This document shows positions 38,365 to 47,976 of a DNA stretch of 64,000 nt, piece by piece. The DNA is taken from the NCBI GenBank assembly GCA_963664325.2, contig CAXXDQ010000003.1, positions 1,120,001 to 1,184,000 of the forward strand. The letters are read 5' to 3'. The stretch is from Desulfomonilia bacterium. Its GTDB lineage: Bacteria; Desulfobacterota; Desulfomonilia; UBA1062. Both the position numbers and the translations under genes were made by a program. The notes beneath the pieces were generated by a model that saw nothing but the letters and a program-made list of their open reading frames with translations, did not search any database and was not told the DNA's origin. Position 1 is the stretch's first letter, and every line of letters starts with the position of its first letter.

Positions 38365-39669
38365 CTAGTCTTTAAGATATTTGTCGATCATCTTCTGTGT
38401 TACGGCCTTGCCCTTGCTGAGCTCGGCATAAAACTGTCCGCTTTTCCTGATCTTCCTTTCCTGCGTGTCGAAATCGACCTCGATCAAACCGAAACAGGCG
38501 CTCAATCCCTCCACCCATTCGAAATTGTCCATAAGCGTCCAGTGGTAATACCGCTCGACGGCCACGCCTTCGTCGATCAGCTTCTTTATCTCTATCATGT
38601 GGTCATAGATGTACTGTGTCCTGAAGGCATCCTTTTTATCACAGGTGCCGTTCTCGGTTATGAATATCGGAACACGGTATCGATCGTAATATTTGCGGCA
38701 TATACGAGAGAGCCCTTCCGGGTAGAGCTCCCATCCGAGGTCGTTTGTGGGGGCCCCGGCCTTGAACTCCATCCTGCCGAAAAGCTCCGCCGGGTTCCAT
38801 GTGCCTTCTATCATGTCTCGGGAGTAATAGTTCAGCCCGAAGAAGTCCATGAAAGGCCCCCTGCCCAAGGGATAGCCCAGGCCGATCGGGGCCGTAAGTT
38901 TTCCCTCGGCCATGCCGTGGATGAACATCTCCTGGAACAGTTGGTCATGCAGCCTGCAGCTCAGACGCTCGCGGGCCGTGCCGTATTTCGGATCGAATAT
39001 GCGCATGTGGTTTGCAACTCCGACCATAGTGTCTTTGAATCCCATCCTGCTCCTCAACTCGTGGATCTTTCTGTATGAGCAGATATGGGCAAGGATCATG
39101 TTCTTTGCGCCTTTAAAGTATTCAAGCATTCTGCCTTTGCCGCCCGGGGGCCATTCTCCTGTTATATATCCCATCGCAAGATATACATTTGGTTCGTTGA
39201 TGGTCACCCAGTCGCATACAAGGTCGCCGAGTTCATTGACAACGACCTCGGTGTAGCGCTCGAAAAGCCCTATTACTTCAGGAGTCAGCCATGCGCCGTT
39301 GTGCTCAAGCCAGAGCGGGTTGGAGAAGTGATGCAGAGTAATCATGGGCTTTATCTTGTTTTTGACAAGCAGCTCTATTTCCTGACGGTAATGCTTCAGG
39401 GCGTCCCGCGAAAACTGGCCCTTGACGGGCTCGATTCTGCTCCATTCAATGCCAAGCCTGTAAATCTGGTGGTTCATTTTTTTCATGAGCTCGACATCTT
39501 CCTCGATCCTGTTCCAATGATCGTCGGCAACGATGCAGTGCGTGCCGTCCTTGATGTGGCCCTGTTCGCACCATTCGTACCATGAGTTGTTCCTGTCGCC
39601 TCCTTCAATCTGCAATGATGCCGTTGCGCTTCCGAACAAAAAGCCTTTCGGTAGGTTAAAAGGTGTCAT
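38365..39669 (-). CDS. GH1 beta-glucosidase/beta-galactosidase (no signal peptide)
   Basis: QIEG, IEWSRIEP, TLHHF, TINEP, ITENG, DNFEW; directly upstream of galK. Confidence 0.94.
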   Translation of the reverse strand: MTPFNLPKGFLFGSATASLQIEGGDRNNSWYEWCEQGHIKDGTHCIVADDHWNRIEEDVELMKKMNHQIYRLGIEWSRIEPVKGQFSRDALKHYRQEIELLVKNKIKPMITLHHFSNPLWLEHNGAWLTPEVIGLFERYTEVVVNELGDLVCDWVTINEPNVYLAMGYITGEWPPGGKGRMLEYFKGAKNMILAHICSYRKIHELRSRMGFKDTMVGVANHMRIFDPKYGTARERLSCRLHDQLFQEMFIHGMAEGKLTAPIGLGYPLGRGPFMDFFGLNYYSRDMIEGTWNPAELFGRMEFKAGAPTNDLGWELYPEGLSRICRKYYDRYRVPIFITENGTCDKKDAFRTQYIYDHMIEIKKLIDEGVAVERYYHWTLMDNFEWVEGLSACFGLIEVDFDTQERKIRKSGQFYAELSKGKAVTQKMIDKYLKD

Positions 39670-39670
39670 A

Positions 39671-40270
39671 TTATCCTCCATTATTGTTCATGCAGCCCTT
39701 AAGGCCGGCAAGAATTTTATTCAGCCTTTTGGTGAGGGCATCCTCATCACCGAACCAGAAATGATCGATCCCCGGGTATATGTAAAGCCTGTCTTCAGGA
39801 ACAAGAGCCCTGACCTTTGTGATGTCAGCATACTGGTCCATATCCGAGGCGATTACCCAGATATCGCTTTTTTCCGGCAGGCTCACTTCAAACATGGCTG
39901 TGGGCGGTGATATCAGTATGCAGGGCAGACTGTTCTTTTTAAGGTACATCGAGGCGATCCAGGCCCCGAAAGAGTATCCGATTATCAAGGGGGTTTTGCC
40001 GGCAAAGCCGACAGCGGTATGCAGGTCATTGATTTCGCCCCTGCCGTTGTCGTGGCGGCCTTCGCTTCGGCCCGTTCCCCGGAAATTAAACCTCAGTGCT
40101 GAAAACCCGTTCGCCAGCGCAGCATCCCTGGCTGACATCACAACGTTGTTGTGCATGTTCCCGCCATAAAGAGGGTGGGGATGAGTTATGACGGCGCATG
40201 GTGCACCGGGGGTTTCATCAAGGGCCGCTTCAAGTCTGGGATTATCGCCGATAAACATGACGGGCATCAT
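39671..40270 (-). CDS. Alpha/beta hydrolase
   Basis: HPHPLYGG, RFNFRG, GYSFG, DHF. Confidence 0.88.
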   Translation of the reverse strand: MMPVMFIGDNPRLEAALDETPGAPCAVITHPHPLYGGNMHNNVVMSARDAALANGFSALRFNFRGTGRSEGRHDNGRGEINDLHTAVGFAGKTPLIIGYSFGAWIASMYLKKNSLPCILISPPTAMFEVSLPEKSDIWVIASDMDQYADITKVRALVPEDRLYIYPGIDHFWFGDEDALTKRLNKILAGLKGCMNNNGG

Positions 40271-40341
40271 ACATTGAGCAAATGTTTATTTCAAGAAAGT
40301 TGAGTTTAAATGCTGTGATTCTTGTTTGTTCCAGACCTGCA

Positions 40342-41961
40342 TCAACGGGCGGGCGCATCCCCTGATGCAAAGGTGGATTTTGACCTTAATTTTCTGTGGT
40401 AGGTTATTGCAAACCTGTGGGCCTCGTTTCTCAGGTTCTGCAGCATCAGAAGCGCCCGGCTCCTTGCCGGGAGATGCACGGGATCTTTCCTTCCCGGGAT
40501 GAAGAACCTGTCTTTCGCTGCTCCTCGTTCCTTGGCCATTGCAGCTACAGGCACGTCGGTTATTCCCAGCTCGGACATGACCTTGAGACACATGGCAAGC
40601 TGGCCTTTGCCGCCGTCGATAATGATAAGGTCGGGCATGTTCTCGCTCTCGTTTTTAAACCTGCGTGAAAGGACCTCATGCAGCATGGCGAAGTCATTCT
40701 GTCCTTGGACGTTTTTGATCTTGTAATGGCGGTAAAGGGATTTGTCAGGTTCCCCGCCTGTAAGGACAGCACGGGAACCCACGGCATTTGTCTCTGAAAG
40801 GTTCGAAATGTCATAGCACTCGATCCGCCACGGGAGCGTCTGAAGCCTGAATGCGATCGCTATTTCATCCAGCGCCGATTCACCGGCACCCATTGATTTT
40901 GATGCGGTCTCGTTGGCCATATCAAGCCAGTGTCTGGTTTTTCCTCGCAGAGGTTTTTTTATTTCCACCTTGCCCGAACGCAGTTCGGCAAGAATGGCGG
41001 TCACAGTATCTGTATCTTCGGGTGTTTCATCCGAATAAATAACCGGCGGCACCTGCCTGCCGCCCAGGTAATACTGGATAATGACTGGCGTTATGAAATC
41101 CTGCCCGTCGCCTGCGTGCACGGAAAACGCATTGGTGTCTGCAATCGAGCCGCCCATTATCCTGAGGACTGCTATGGCCGCCCTGTTTTCGTAGCGGTGC
41201 ACCCCGAAGATGTCTGTATCGGTAGATGCAATCGAGGAAACACTCTGAGGCACAAGAGTTGTTTTTATCGCTTCGATCTGGTCGCGGATTTTTGCGGCCT
41301 TTTCGAATTCCAGCCCTGCGGCGTATTTCTGCATCCTTTCTTCAAGCGTGTTCACAAGGTCGGTGTTTTTCCCTTCAAGAAAAAGGATCAGGTCTTGGAC
41401 AGCCTGCGTATAGTCCGGTGCCGCATGTTTTTTGACGCATGGCGCAAGGCAGAGTCCTATCTGGTAATAAAGGCATGGCCGGACCCTGTTGATGAACTCG
41501 GTATCCTTGCAGCGCCTTATAGGGAAAATCCTGCCGATTGCGGAAAGGGTGCTGCGGGTTGCCCTGACTGAAGAGTAGGGGCCGAAATAGCGGGCCCCGT
41601 CCTTTACCACCCGCCTTGTAATCGAAATAGCCGGGCATTCGTGGTTGACCGTAAGCTTGATGCTGACATAAGTCTTGTCATCCCTCAAAAGAACGTTGTA
41701 GCGCGGACGGTGCGTCTTTATAAGCTGGTTTTCAAGGAGAAGAGCCTCCTTTTCATTGCCGGTGAGCACGAACTCGACTTTGTCTGCATGTTCGCGGATA
41801 TGGGTCACATAAGGCCTTGTATCCTGGCCCAGGTAGGCCTTTACGCGGTTTCTTATATCGAGCGCCTTGCCGACATAGATGATGCGGTTTTTCTTGTCGC
41901 GCATCTGATAAACGCCTGTCGAGCGCGGCAGGGTCTCGATCATTTCAGGGGTTAGAGGCAT
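40342..41961 (-). CDS. uvrC: Excinuclease ABC subunit C, lacking the C-terminal HhH domain
   Basis: GIY-YIG (GVYQM..IYVGKA), CLYYQIGLCLAPC, UVR coiled coil, RIECYDISN, IDGGKGQ, EAHRFA. Confidence 0.93.
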   Translation of the reverse strand: MPLTPEMIETLPRSTGVYQMRDKKNRIIYVGKALDIRNRVKAYLGQDTRPYVTHIREHADKVEFVLTGNEKEALLLENQLIKTHRPRYNVLLRDDKTYVSIKLTVNHECPAISITRRVVKDGARYFGPYSSVRATRSTLSAIGRIFPIRRCKDTEFINRVRPCLYYQIGLCLAPCVKKHAAPDYTQAVQDLILFLEGKNTDLVNTLEERMQKYAAGLEFEKAAKIRDQIEAIKTTLVPQSVSSIASTDTDIFGVHRYENRAAIAVLRIMGGSIADTNAFSVHAGDGQDFITPVIIQYYLGGRQVPPVIYSDETPEDTDTVTAILAELRSGKVEIKKPLRGKTRHWLDMANETASKSMGAGESALDEIAIAFRLQTLPWRIECYDISNLSETNAVGSRAVLTGGEPDKSLYRHYKIKNVQGQNDFAMLHEVLSRRFKNESENMPDLIIIDGGKGQLAMCLKVMSELGITDVPVAAMAKERGAAKDRFFIPGRKDPVHLPARSRALLMLQNLRNEAHRFAITYHRKLRSKSTFASGDAPAR

Positions 41962-42095
41962 GTTTGCATAATAGCATGCGGACATTGATGGCAGGAATAT
42001 CTTTTTCCGTTAAACATACCAGGAGGCGGTCAGGACATCTGTTCAACATGAAACCGGTTGATGTTTTATCCTCAAAACAGTAATTGTATCATACT

Positions 42096-42713
42096 ATGAA
42101 GATGATTTACGGACTTGGAAACCCCGGCGCCAGATATAAGATGAACCGTCATAATATCGGGTTCATGGCGGTCGACCTTCTGTCCAGGGAATACGGGATC
42201 GAGGTCAAAAAAAAGGCCTCGAATGTCCTTTACGGAAAAGGCGTCATTGATGGAATAAGCGTAATGCTGGCCAAGCCCCAGACCTTCATGAACCTGAGCG
42301 GGCTGCCGCTTTCGTCAATGATAATCAGGCCGGATGACCTCATAGTGATTCATGATGACATGGACATACCCTTCGGGCAGGTGCGCGTGAAGGAAAGCGG
42401 CGGCACGGGCGGGCACAAGGGTCTGGAATCAATCAGGTCCGTGCTTCATACGGGCGATTTTATCCGAATACGCTGCGGCATAGGCAGGCCCCCCGAGGGC
42501 ATGGAAGGTGCGGAATATGTGCTTTCCGGGTTTTCAGGTGACGAGATTAAAGCGCTGTCAGAAGAGATATCAAAGGCAGGCCAGGCCGTAATCGAATGCC
42601 TGAAAAACGGCATCACAAAGGCGATGAACCTTTTCAACCGCCGTGAGGCCGCCGCTAAAAAGGATGCAGGCAATCCGTCACTTTTGAATGATCCGATCAA
42701 GGGGAGTGAATGA
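42096..42713 (+). CDS. pth: Peptidyl-tRNA hydrolase
   Basis: GLGNPG, RHNIGF, KPQTFMNLSG, HDDMD, GGHKG, GIGRP. Confidence 0.96.
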   Translation: MKMIYGLGNPGARYKMNRHNIGFMAVDLLSREYGIEVKKKASNVLYGKGVIDGISVMLAKPQTFMNLSGLPLSSMIIRPDDLIVIHDDMDIPFGQVRVKESGGTGGHKGLESIRSVLHTGDFIRIRCGIGRPPEGMEGAEYVLSGFSGDEIKALSEEISKAGQAVIECLKNGITKAMNLFNRREAAAKKDAGNPSLLNDPIKGSE

Positions 42714-42808
42714 TTGCAGTAAATATGCACTGGAAAAGACTTAAGCAACGAATTGTGTTGACATAACCCTTTTAATAGGCGAGTTAAGAGCCCTTAAAAG
42801 GAGCATCA

Positions 42809-44076
42809 ATGACATTTGAGCAGTTTAAGTTTCACCCGGACATAATGTCCGGCATTATCGAGCAAGGTTACAACCAACCCCACGCCAATCCAGGAAAAAA
42901 CAATTCCGCCCATACTCGAAGGACGGGATGTCCTGGGTCTTGCACAAACGGGTACGGGAAAAACAGCGGCATTCACGCTGCCTATACTTGAGAGGCTGAT
43001 TCACGGCCAGAGACGGCGCATAAAAGTCCTGATTCTGGCGCCTACGCGCGAACTGGCCTCACAGATCAACGATGCCGTAAGGGCATTGGGCAGGAACATG
43101 AGGCTTCGCAGCATGGCGGTCTTCGGAGGCGTGAACATTAACCCGCAGATACAGGCCCTGAACCGGGACAACCGAAATCGTTGTGGCGTGTCCGGGCAGG
43201 CTTCTTGACCTGATATCGCAGAACAAGATAGACCTGAGCAGTGTTGAAACGCTCGTTATTGACGAGGCCGACCGCATGTTTGACATGGGCTTTCTGCCCG
43301 ATATCCGCCGCATATTGAAGCACCTTCCCCAGAAAAGGCAGAACCTGCTGTTTTCCGCAACCATGCCGGACGATATAAGGCATCTGGCCTCAGTCATCCT
43401 TAAGGATGCCGTGACTGTGCAGATTGATATAACAAAGCCTGTCTCCACAATAACGCATGCGCTCTACCCTGTAGAGCAGCATTTGAAGACTGCGCTTCTC
43501 AAGGAGCTTCTCAAAATCACGTCAACAGGTTCGGTCCTTGTGTTCACACGCACAAAACACCGGGCCAAACGTGTTGCGGAACAGCTTGGCCATGCCGGGT
43601 TCAGCGTGACATCGCTTCAGGGCAACCTTTCGCAGAACAGGAGGGAGGAGGCGATCGAGGGCTTCCGTGACGGGACCTATCAGATACTGGTCGCGACCGA
43701 TATCGCCGCGCGCGGCATAGATGTTTCCGCGATATCCCATGTCATAAATTACGACATACCGGATACTGTCGACGCCTACACGCACCGCATCGGGAGAACA
43801 GGCCGTGTGTCAAGGAGCGGTGATGCCTTTACTTTTGTCACGCATGAAGATGCCGCTATGGTTCATGATATAGAGCTGACCCTTGGCGAGAAACTGGCCC
43901 GTAAAAAATTGGAAGGATTCGACTACAGCAAGCCCGCAGCCAAGGGAAATGAATTCGCCAGGCCTCCCAGACAGCAGCATCCGAGGCCTTTTCCCTCATG
44001 CCTCGGCAAAACCCTTCCCGTCAGACGCCGGCAAGATCTTCTGGCAGCCGGCAACAGGGTTCAAAAATCCGTTTAA
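42809..44076 (+). CDS. rhlE: DEAD-box RNA helicase RhlE-type, with apparent frameshifts
   Basis: Reading across +1 shifts near 42880 and 43167 restores [13 protein letters not shown] and PTRELA, then [15 protein letters not shown]. Confidence 0.8.
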
Positions 44077-44902
44077 GCAGGCAGGGGATATCGGCATAAA
44101 AGGCCGACCGGCTTAGCCTCCTTCATGAGCGGACAGCAGCCGGTCCGGTCTACGGGGCGGTTCTTCCTGATCCTGGGTTTTCCTTTTGGCAGGTAATTCA
44201 TAAAATCTTCAGGCACATCGATGTCACGGGGGTCAATGCCTTTGAGGGTGATTTTTGACACTAGAACCTTGCCTGATAGCCGAGTATGTTCATGCGCTTG
44301 TCGAAGGCCTGTCTGAATTTCTCATACTCCTCTATTACCCAGCCCGGGCGGTACATGCATTGGCTCTCTGTCAAAGAGGATGCATAGTCTTGAAAACGGT
44401 TTGGGCAGTATCATCTTGTCCCATGTGTTAAATTCCCATGACGGTTCTGCATCCCAGGCAAAAGGAATGATCGGTGCGCCGGTTCTGGCAGCGATCTGTA
44501 TCATACCCGGTTTTGAGATGTATTGAGGCCCCACCTGGCCCGTCCGGATTAAAGCCGCCATAATTGTCTGAATTGATGTATTCGATGATGGCGTCAAGAG
44601 CGGCACGGCCGCCCCTGGTGGAAGAGCCCTTGAAGACTTTAATTCCGAGACGCTTGAATATGGCCGCGGCGATTTCGGCGTCCCTTGACAAAGAGCCGAT
44701 TGTGCCAGCCATAAGCCCCCTGAAAAAATAGCCGTAAAAGATTATACCGCGGTGCCAGCATGAGACCAGAATCTTTCGGTTTGTCTTTGACATCTCATCC
44801 GAAAAGCTCTTTTCCGAAAACGTTCTCCCTGTAGGTGCCGCAGAGGCCTAAAATGAGATTTGCACCGACCCATCCGATTGAGTTTAACAGTACGGGATTC
44901 AT
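44073..44902 (-). CDS. DUF374 / lysophospholipid acyltransferase-like protein, frameshifted
   Basis: Fragments give CWH, SLSRDAE, GSSTRGG, PDGP, GPQY..KPG, WDKMILPKPFS; ORF 44073-44261 is probably the C-terminus. Confidence 0.7.
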
Positions 44903-44985
44903 GCCGCAGGTTTATCCGAAAATATTATCTTTAAGCAAGGAATTTGTTTTACTGAAGCTTCCATGTAAATGCCTGGTATGTTAAG

Positions 44986-45216
44986 ATGCTATATATGCTT
45001 GAAAAAATACCGTTTCTTTATAAGGGATGCTCTTACAACATCATCATTGATGATGACATGAGCTTCGACCGGCTAAGGTTCATAATCGACCGGCTTAATG
45101 ATGAAGGCGCGTTTGATAATGACAGTGAGGAAGTCGTCCGTTATACGGTTGAATGCGAAGACTGCTGCTATGCCGTAGGGGTTGACGGTACGAACGTAAT
45201 GATAATCCCGAAATAA
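44986..45216 (+). CDS. Small acidic hypothetical protein
   Basis: 76-aa ORF in an otherwise empty gap. Confidence 0.55.
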   Translation: MLYMLEKIPFLYKGCSYNIIIDDDMSFDRLRFIIDRLNDEGAFDNDSEEVVRYTVECEDCCYAVGVDGTNVMIIPK

Positions 45217-45338
45217 AAAAAAATGAATGGCAGGCCGGCAATGAAAGCTGTCAAGCTGTCAAGCTATGCAGCAGTCGAGCAAAATAGTTTAACAGGGCAT
45301 AAGTTTATAAACGCATCGATCCCGGCATCTCTGAAGAT

Positions 45339-46166
45339 ATGACTTCGATCCATCTCTGCCAGCCTGACAAAAACAAATCCTGCGGAGCATGCTGCGGGAT
45401 TTACAATTATGTCGCCAATACAAAGTTTGAGCTGATCAGGCGTTTCGATTACCGTGAGAAACTGATGCAGAAAGTCAGGAATCGTGAGCTTTCCCTCGAA
45501 GCCTACAGGGATATTATCAGGCGCCGGGAAGGATGGAAGGCGGATTTACAAAAACAATATATACATGCGAATTTGCCGGCTGGCTAGATGGTGGTCGGAA
45601 AAAGATCGGCTGCATGATACACCCGATGCAGAATAACGGGAATGATATGCGCGACACAAGCTTTTACGGCCGCGAGATTATGCTGAGGGCCATTTCGTGT
45701 CCGAGTTACCAGAAGCTTGAATCAGAACGAAGCCCGGATAATTGCCGATACGCTTGACGACTGGTATCTTTTCGGGCAGTCATCACGGATATAGATTTTG
45801 TGAAAACCTTTTTCAGGATTGTTCAGGACAGGACAGGGTGAAGAGATCAAGCCCCACGTTGTCAGGGAATCCCAGAGGCTTAAAGATATTATCAACAGGT
45901 ATTGCAGCCTCAAGGTCTCATGGCCGTTTAGTGATACCAAGCGCCCCCGTTTCGGCAAATATTATTTTGTGGGTGAGGAATACGATATAGACAAAATCGA
46001 CTATGAAGGTCTCGGCGCCGATGTGCCCGTTTATGCCCCGATTTTTTTAAGCCTGTCTTCCGCGTTTGAATGCAGGGAGGAACTCGATATGGCAATAAAC
46101 ATGCTTGATGTGATAATAGGTGAGTTTACATATGAATACCCGGGAACTGATAAACAGAATTATTGA
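45339..46166 (+). CDS. Cys-rich hypothetical (putative Fe-S/Zn) protein, frameshifted
   Basis: LCQP..SCGACCG, CEF, GCMIHP and CPSY in consecutive fragments; 3' end overlaps the nadC start. Confidence 0.65.
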
Positions 46167-46969
46167 TCTGGCCCTTGAGGAAGACGGGTATGACGTAACG
46201 GCCAACGCTATTTTTTCTGAGACCGACAGGCTTGAAGCAGTGTTCACAGCCAAGTCATCAGGAGTCATCGCAGGTCTCGATGTCGCTGAGACCGTGTTCA
46301 AGAGACTCGATGATACAGCGATTTTTGAAAAAAAGGTGTGCGACGGGGACCGGGTCGATAACGGCACGGTACTCGCATCCATAACAGGAAATGCCGGCAA
46401 ATTGCTCAAGGCCGAGCGGGTTGCGCTCAATTTCATGCAGCGCATGAGCGGGATTGCGACCATGACAGCTATGTTCGTGAGAGAACTCGAGGGAACAAAA
46501 GACTGTACTGCTGGATACGAGAAAGACCGCTCCAGGCCAGAGGCTTCTGGATAAGATGGCCGTAAGGCTCGGCGGAGGCCGGAACCACCGCATGGGGCTT
46601 TATGACATGGCGCTTATCAAGGACAATCACATCGACCGTGTGGGCTCGATCACCGAAGCAGTAAAAAGGGTGAGGGGGCTGTCCAGGGAAATTCCGGTAG
46701 AAGTCGAATGCCGCAGACTCGAAGATGTCGAGGAGGTCTTGCCTCTAAATGTTGACCGGATAATGCTCGACAACTTCAGCATAGATGACATGCGAAAGGC
46801 GGTCAGTCTTATCGGCGGGAAAACCCCGGTAGAGGCTTCTGGGGGGATAACCCTCGAAACAATACGCGATGTGGCCCTGACAGGGGTCGACTACATATCT
46901 GTAGGCGAGGTTACTCATTCGGTGAAGGCTTTTGATATTTCCATGACGATCGGACTGGCGGATGACTGA
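46132..46969 (+). CDS. nadC: Nicotinate-nucleotide pyrophosphorylase (one apparent +1 frameshift near 46500)
   Basis: LEED, AERVALN, SGIAT; removing one A restores LLDTRKTAPG; HRMGL, IKDNH, MLDN, EASGGI. Confidence 0.92.
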
Positions 46970-47975
46970 AGAACAGGCAAGAGGGATTATCATCAGGAAG
47001 AAAGGGGAGCTCGGCTCAAGGCTCGTCATTCTCGGCCACCACTATCAGAACGATTCAATAATTGAATACGCGGATTACGTGGGTGATTCACTGGAGCTCT
47101 CCAGAAAATCCGCACAGCTTGGAGATGCAGAAATAATAGTCTTTTGCGGCGTGTATTTCATGGCGGAGACGGCCGTGATCCTTTCCCCGGATAAAAAAGT
47201 ATATATTCCCGATAAATCCGCAGGATGTCCGCTGGCCGACATGGCCAAAGTCAGCGATGTTGAAAAGGCCTGGAAGATTATTTCAGCAAAACCCGCCGTT
47301 CCGGTGACCTATGTTAATTCGTCCGCAGCTGTAAAAGCCTTCTGCGGACGTAATGGCGGCATTGTCTGCACTTCAGGAAATGCAAAACGGGTTTTCAGCT
47401 GGGCCCTTGAAAAAAAAGGGCGCATATTCTTCATGCCCGATATGAACCTCGGCAGGAATACCGCGAACAGCCTCGGCATAAAGGAGAGTGAAATAAAACT
47501 CTGGGACCCCGAAGCGGGTCTGGATAATAAGACAGCGGAAAATGCGAAAGTTATTCTGTGGAAGGGCTGGTGTCCTGTACATTATCCGGGATTCACTGCC
47601 GGAGATATCATCAGATTCAGATCTGAAAATCCCGGCGGCAAAGTGATTGTTCACCCGGAATCGGATTCGGAGGCGGTAAGGGCAAGTGACGAGGCTGCTT
47701 CGACGGCCGGCATCATCGATTATGCCGGTATGCAGCGGGATGGTACGACTGTTGCGGTCGGTACAGAAGCGAACATGGTCAAAAGGCTTGCTTCAGAAAA
47801 AGACGGAATCAGGATTGTTCCGCTTAAAGAGGCGTACTGCGACGACATGGCAAAGATAACACTCAAAAAACTTGCCTTATGCCTGGAAACGCTTTCGGAA
47901 GAGTTCAGGGTGAAAGTGGAGGAAGATGTTGCCGCAGATGCCCGGAAAGCGCTAAAGCGAATGCTGGAGGTCTGA
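46962..47975 (+). CDS. nadA: Quinolinate synthase
   Basis: GHHYQ, GDSLELS, FCGVYFMAE, three cluster Cys (AGCP, WCPVH, YCDDM), YVNS, HPE. Confidence 0.95.
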   Translation: MTEEQARGIIIRKKGELGSRLVILGHHYQNDSIIEYADYVGDSLELSRKSAQLGDAEIIVFCGVYFMAETAVILSPDKKVYIPDKSAGCPLADMAKVSDVEKAWKIISAKPAVPVTYVNSSAAVKAFCGRNGGIVCTSGNAKRVFSWALEKKGRIFFMPDMNLGRNTANSLGIKESEIKLWDPEAGLDNKTAENAKVILWKGWCPVHYPGFTAGDIIRFRSENPGGKVIVHPESDSEAVRASDEAASTAGIIDYAGMQRDGTTVAVGTEANMVKRLASEKDGIRIVPLKEAYCDDMAKITLKKLALCLETLSEEFRVKVEEDVAADARKALKRMLEV

Positions 47976-47976
47976 C

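Noticed and set aside
45245-45265. AAGCTGTC tandem repeat
   Set aside because: Only about 2.5 units, no spacers and no cas genes; not a CRISPR.
42809-46560. Cluster of frameshifts in rhlE, DUF374, the Cys-rich gene and nadC as programmed frameshifting or pseudogenisation
   Set aside because: Mostly single extra bases in short homopolymers across unrelated adjacent genes with otherwise intact motifs. This is typical of long-read consensus error; read polishing would decide.
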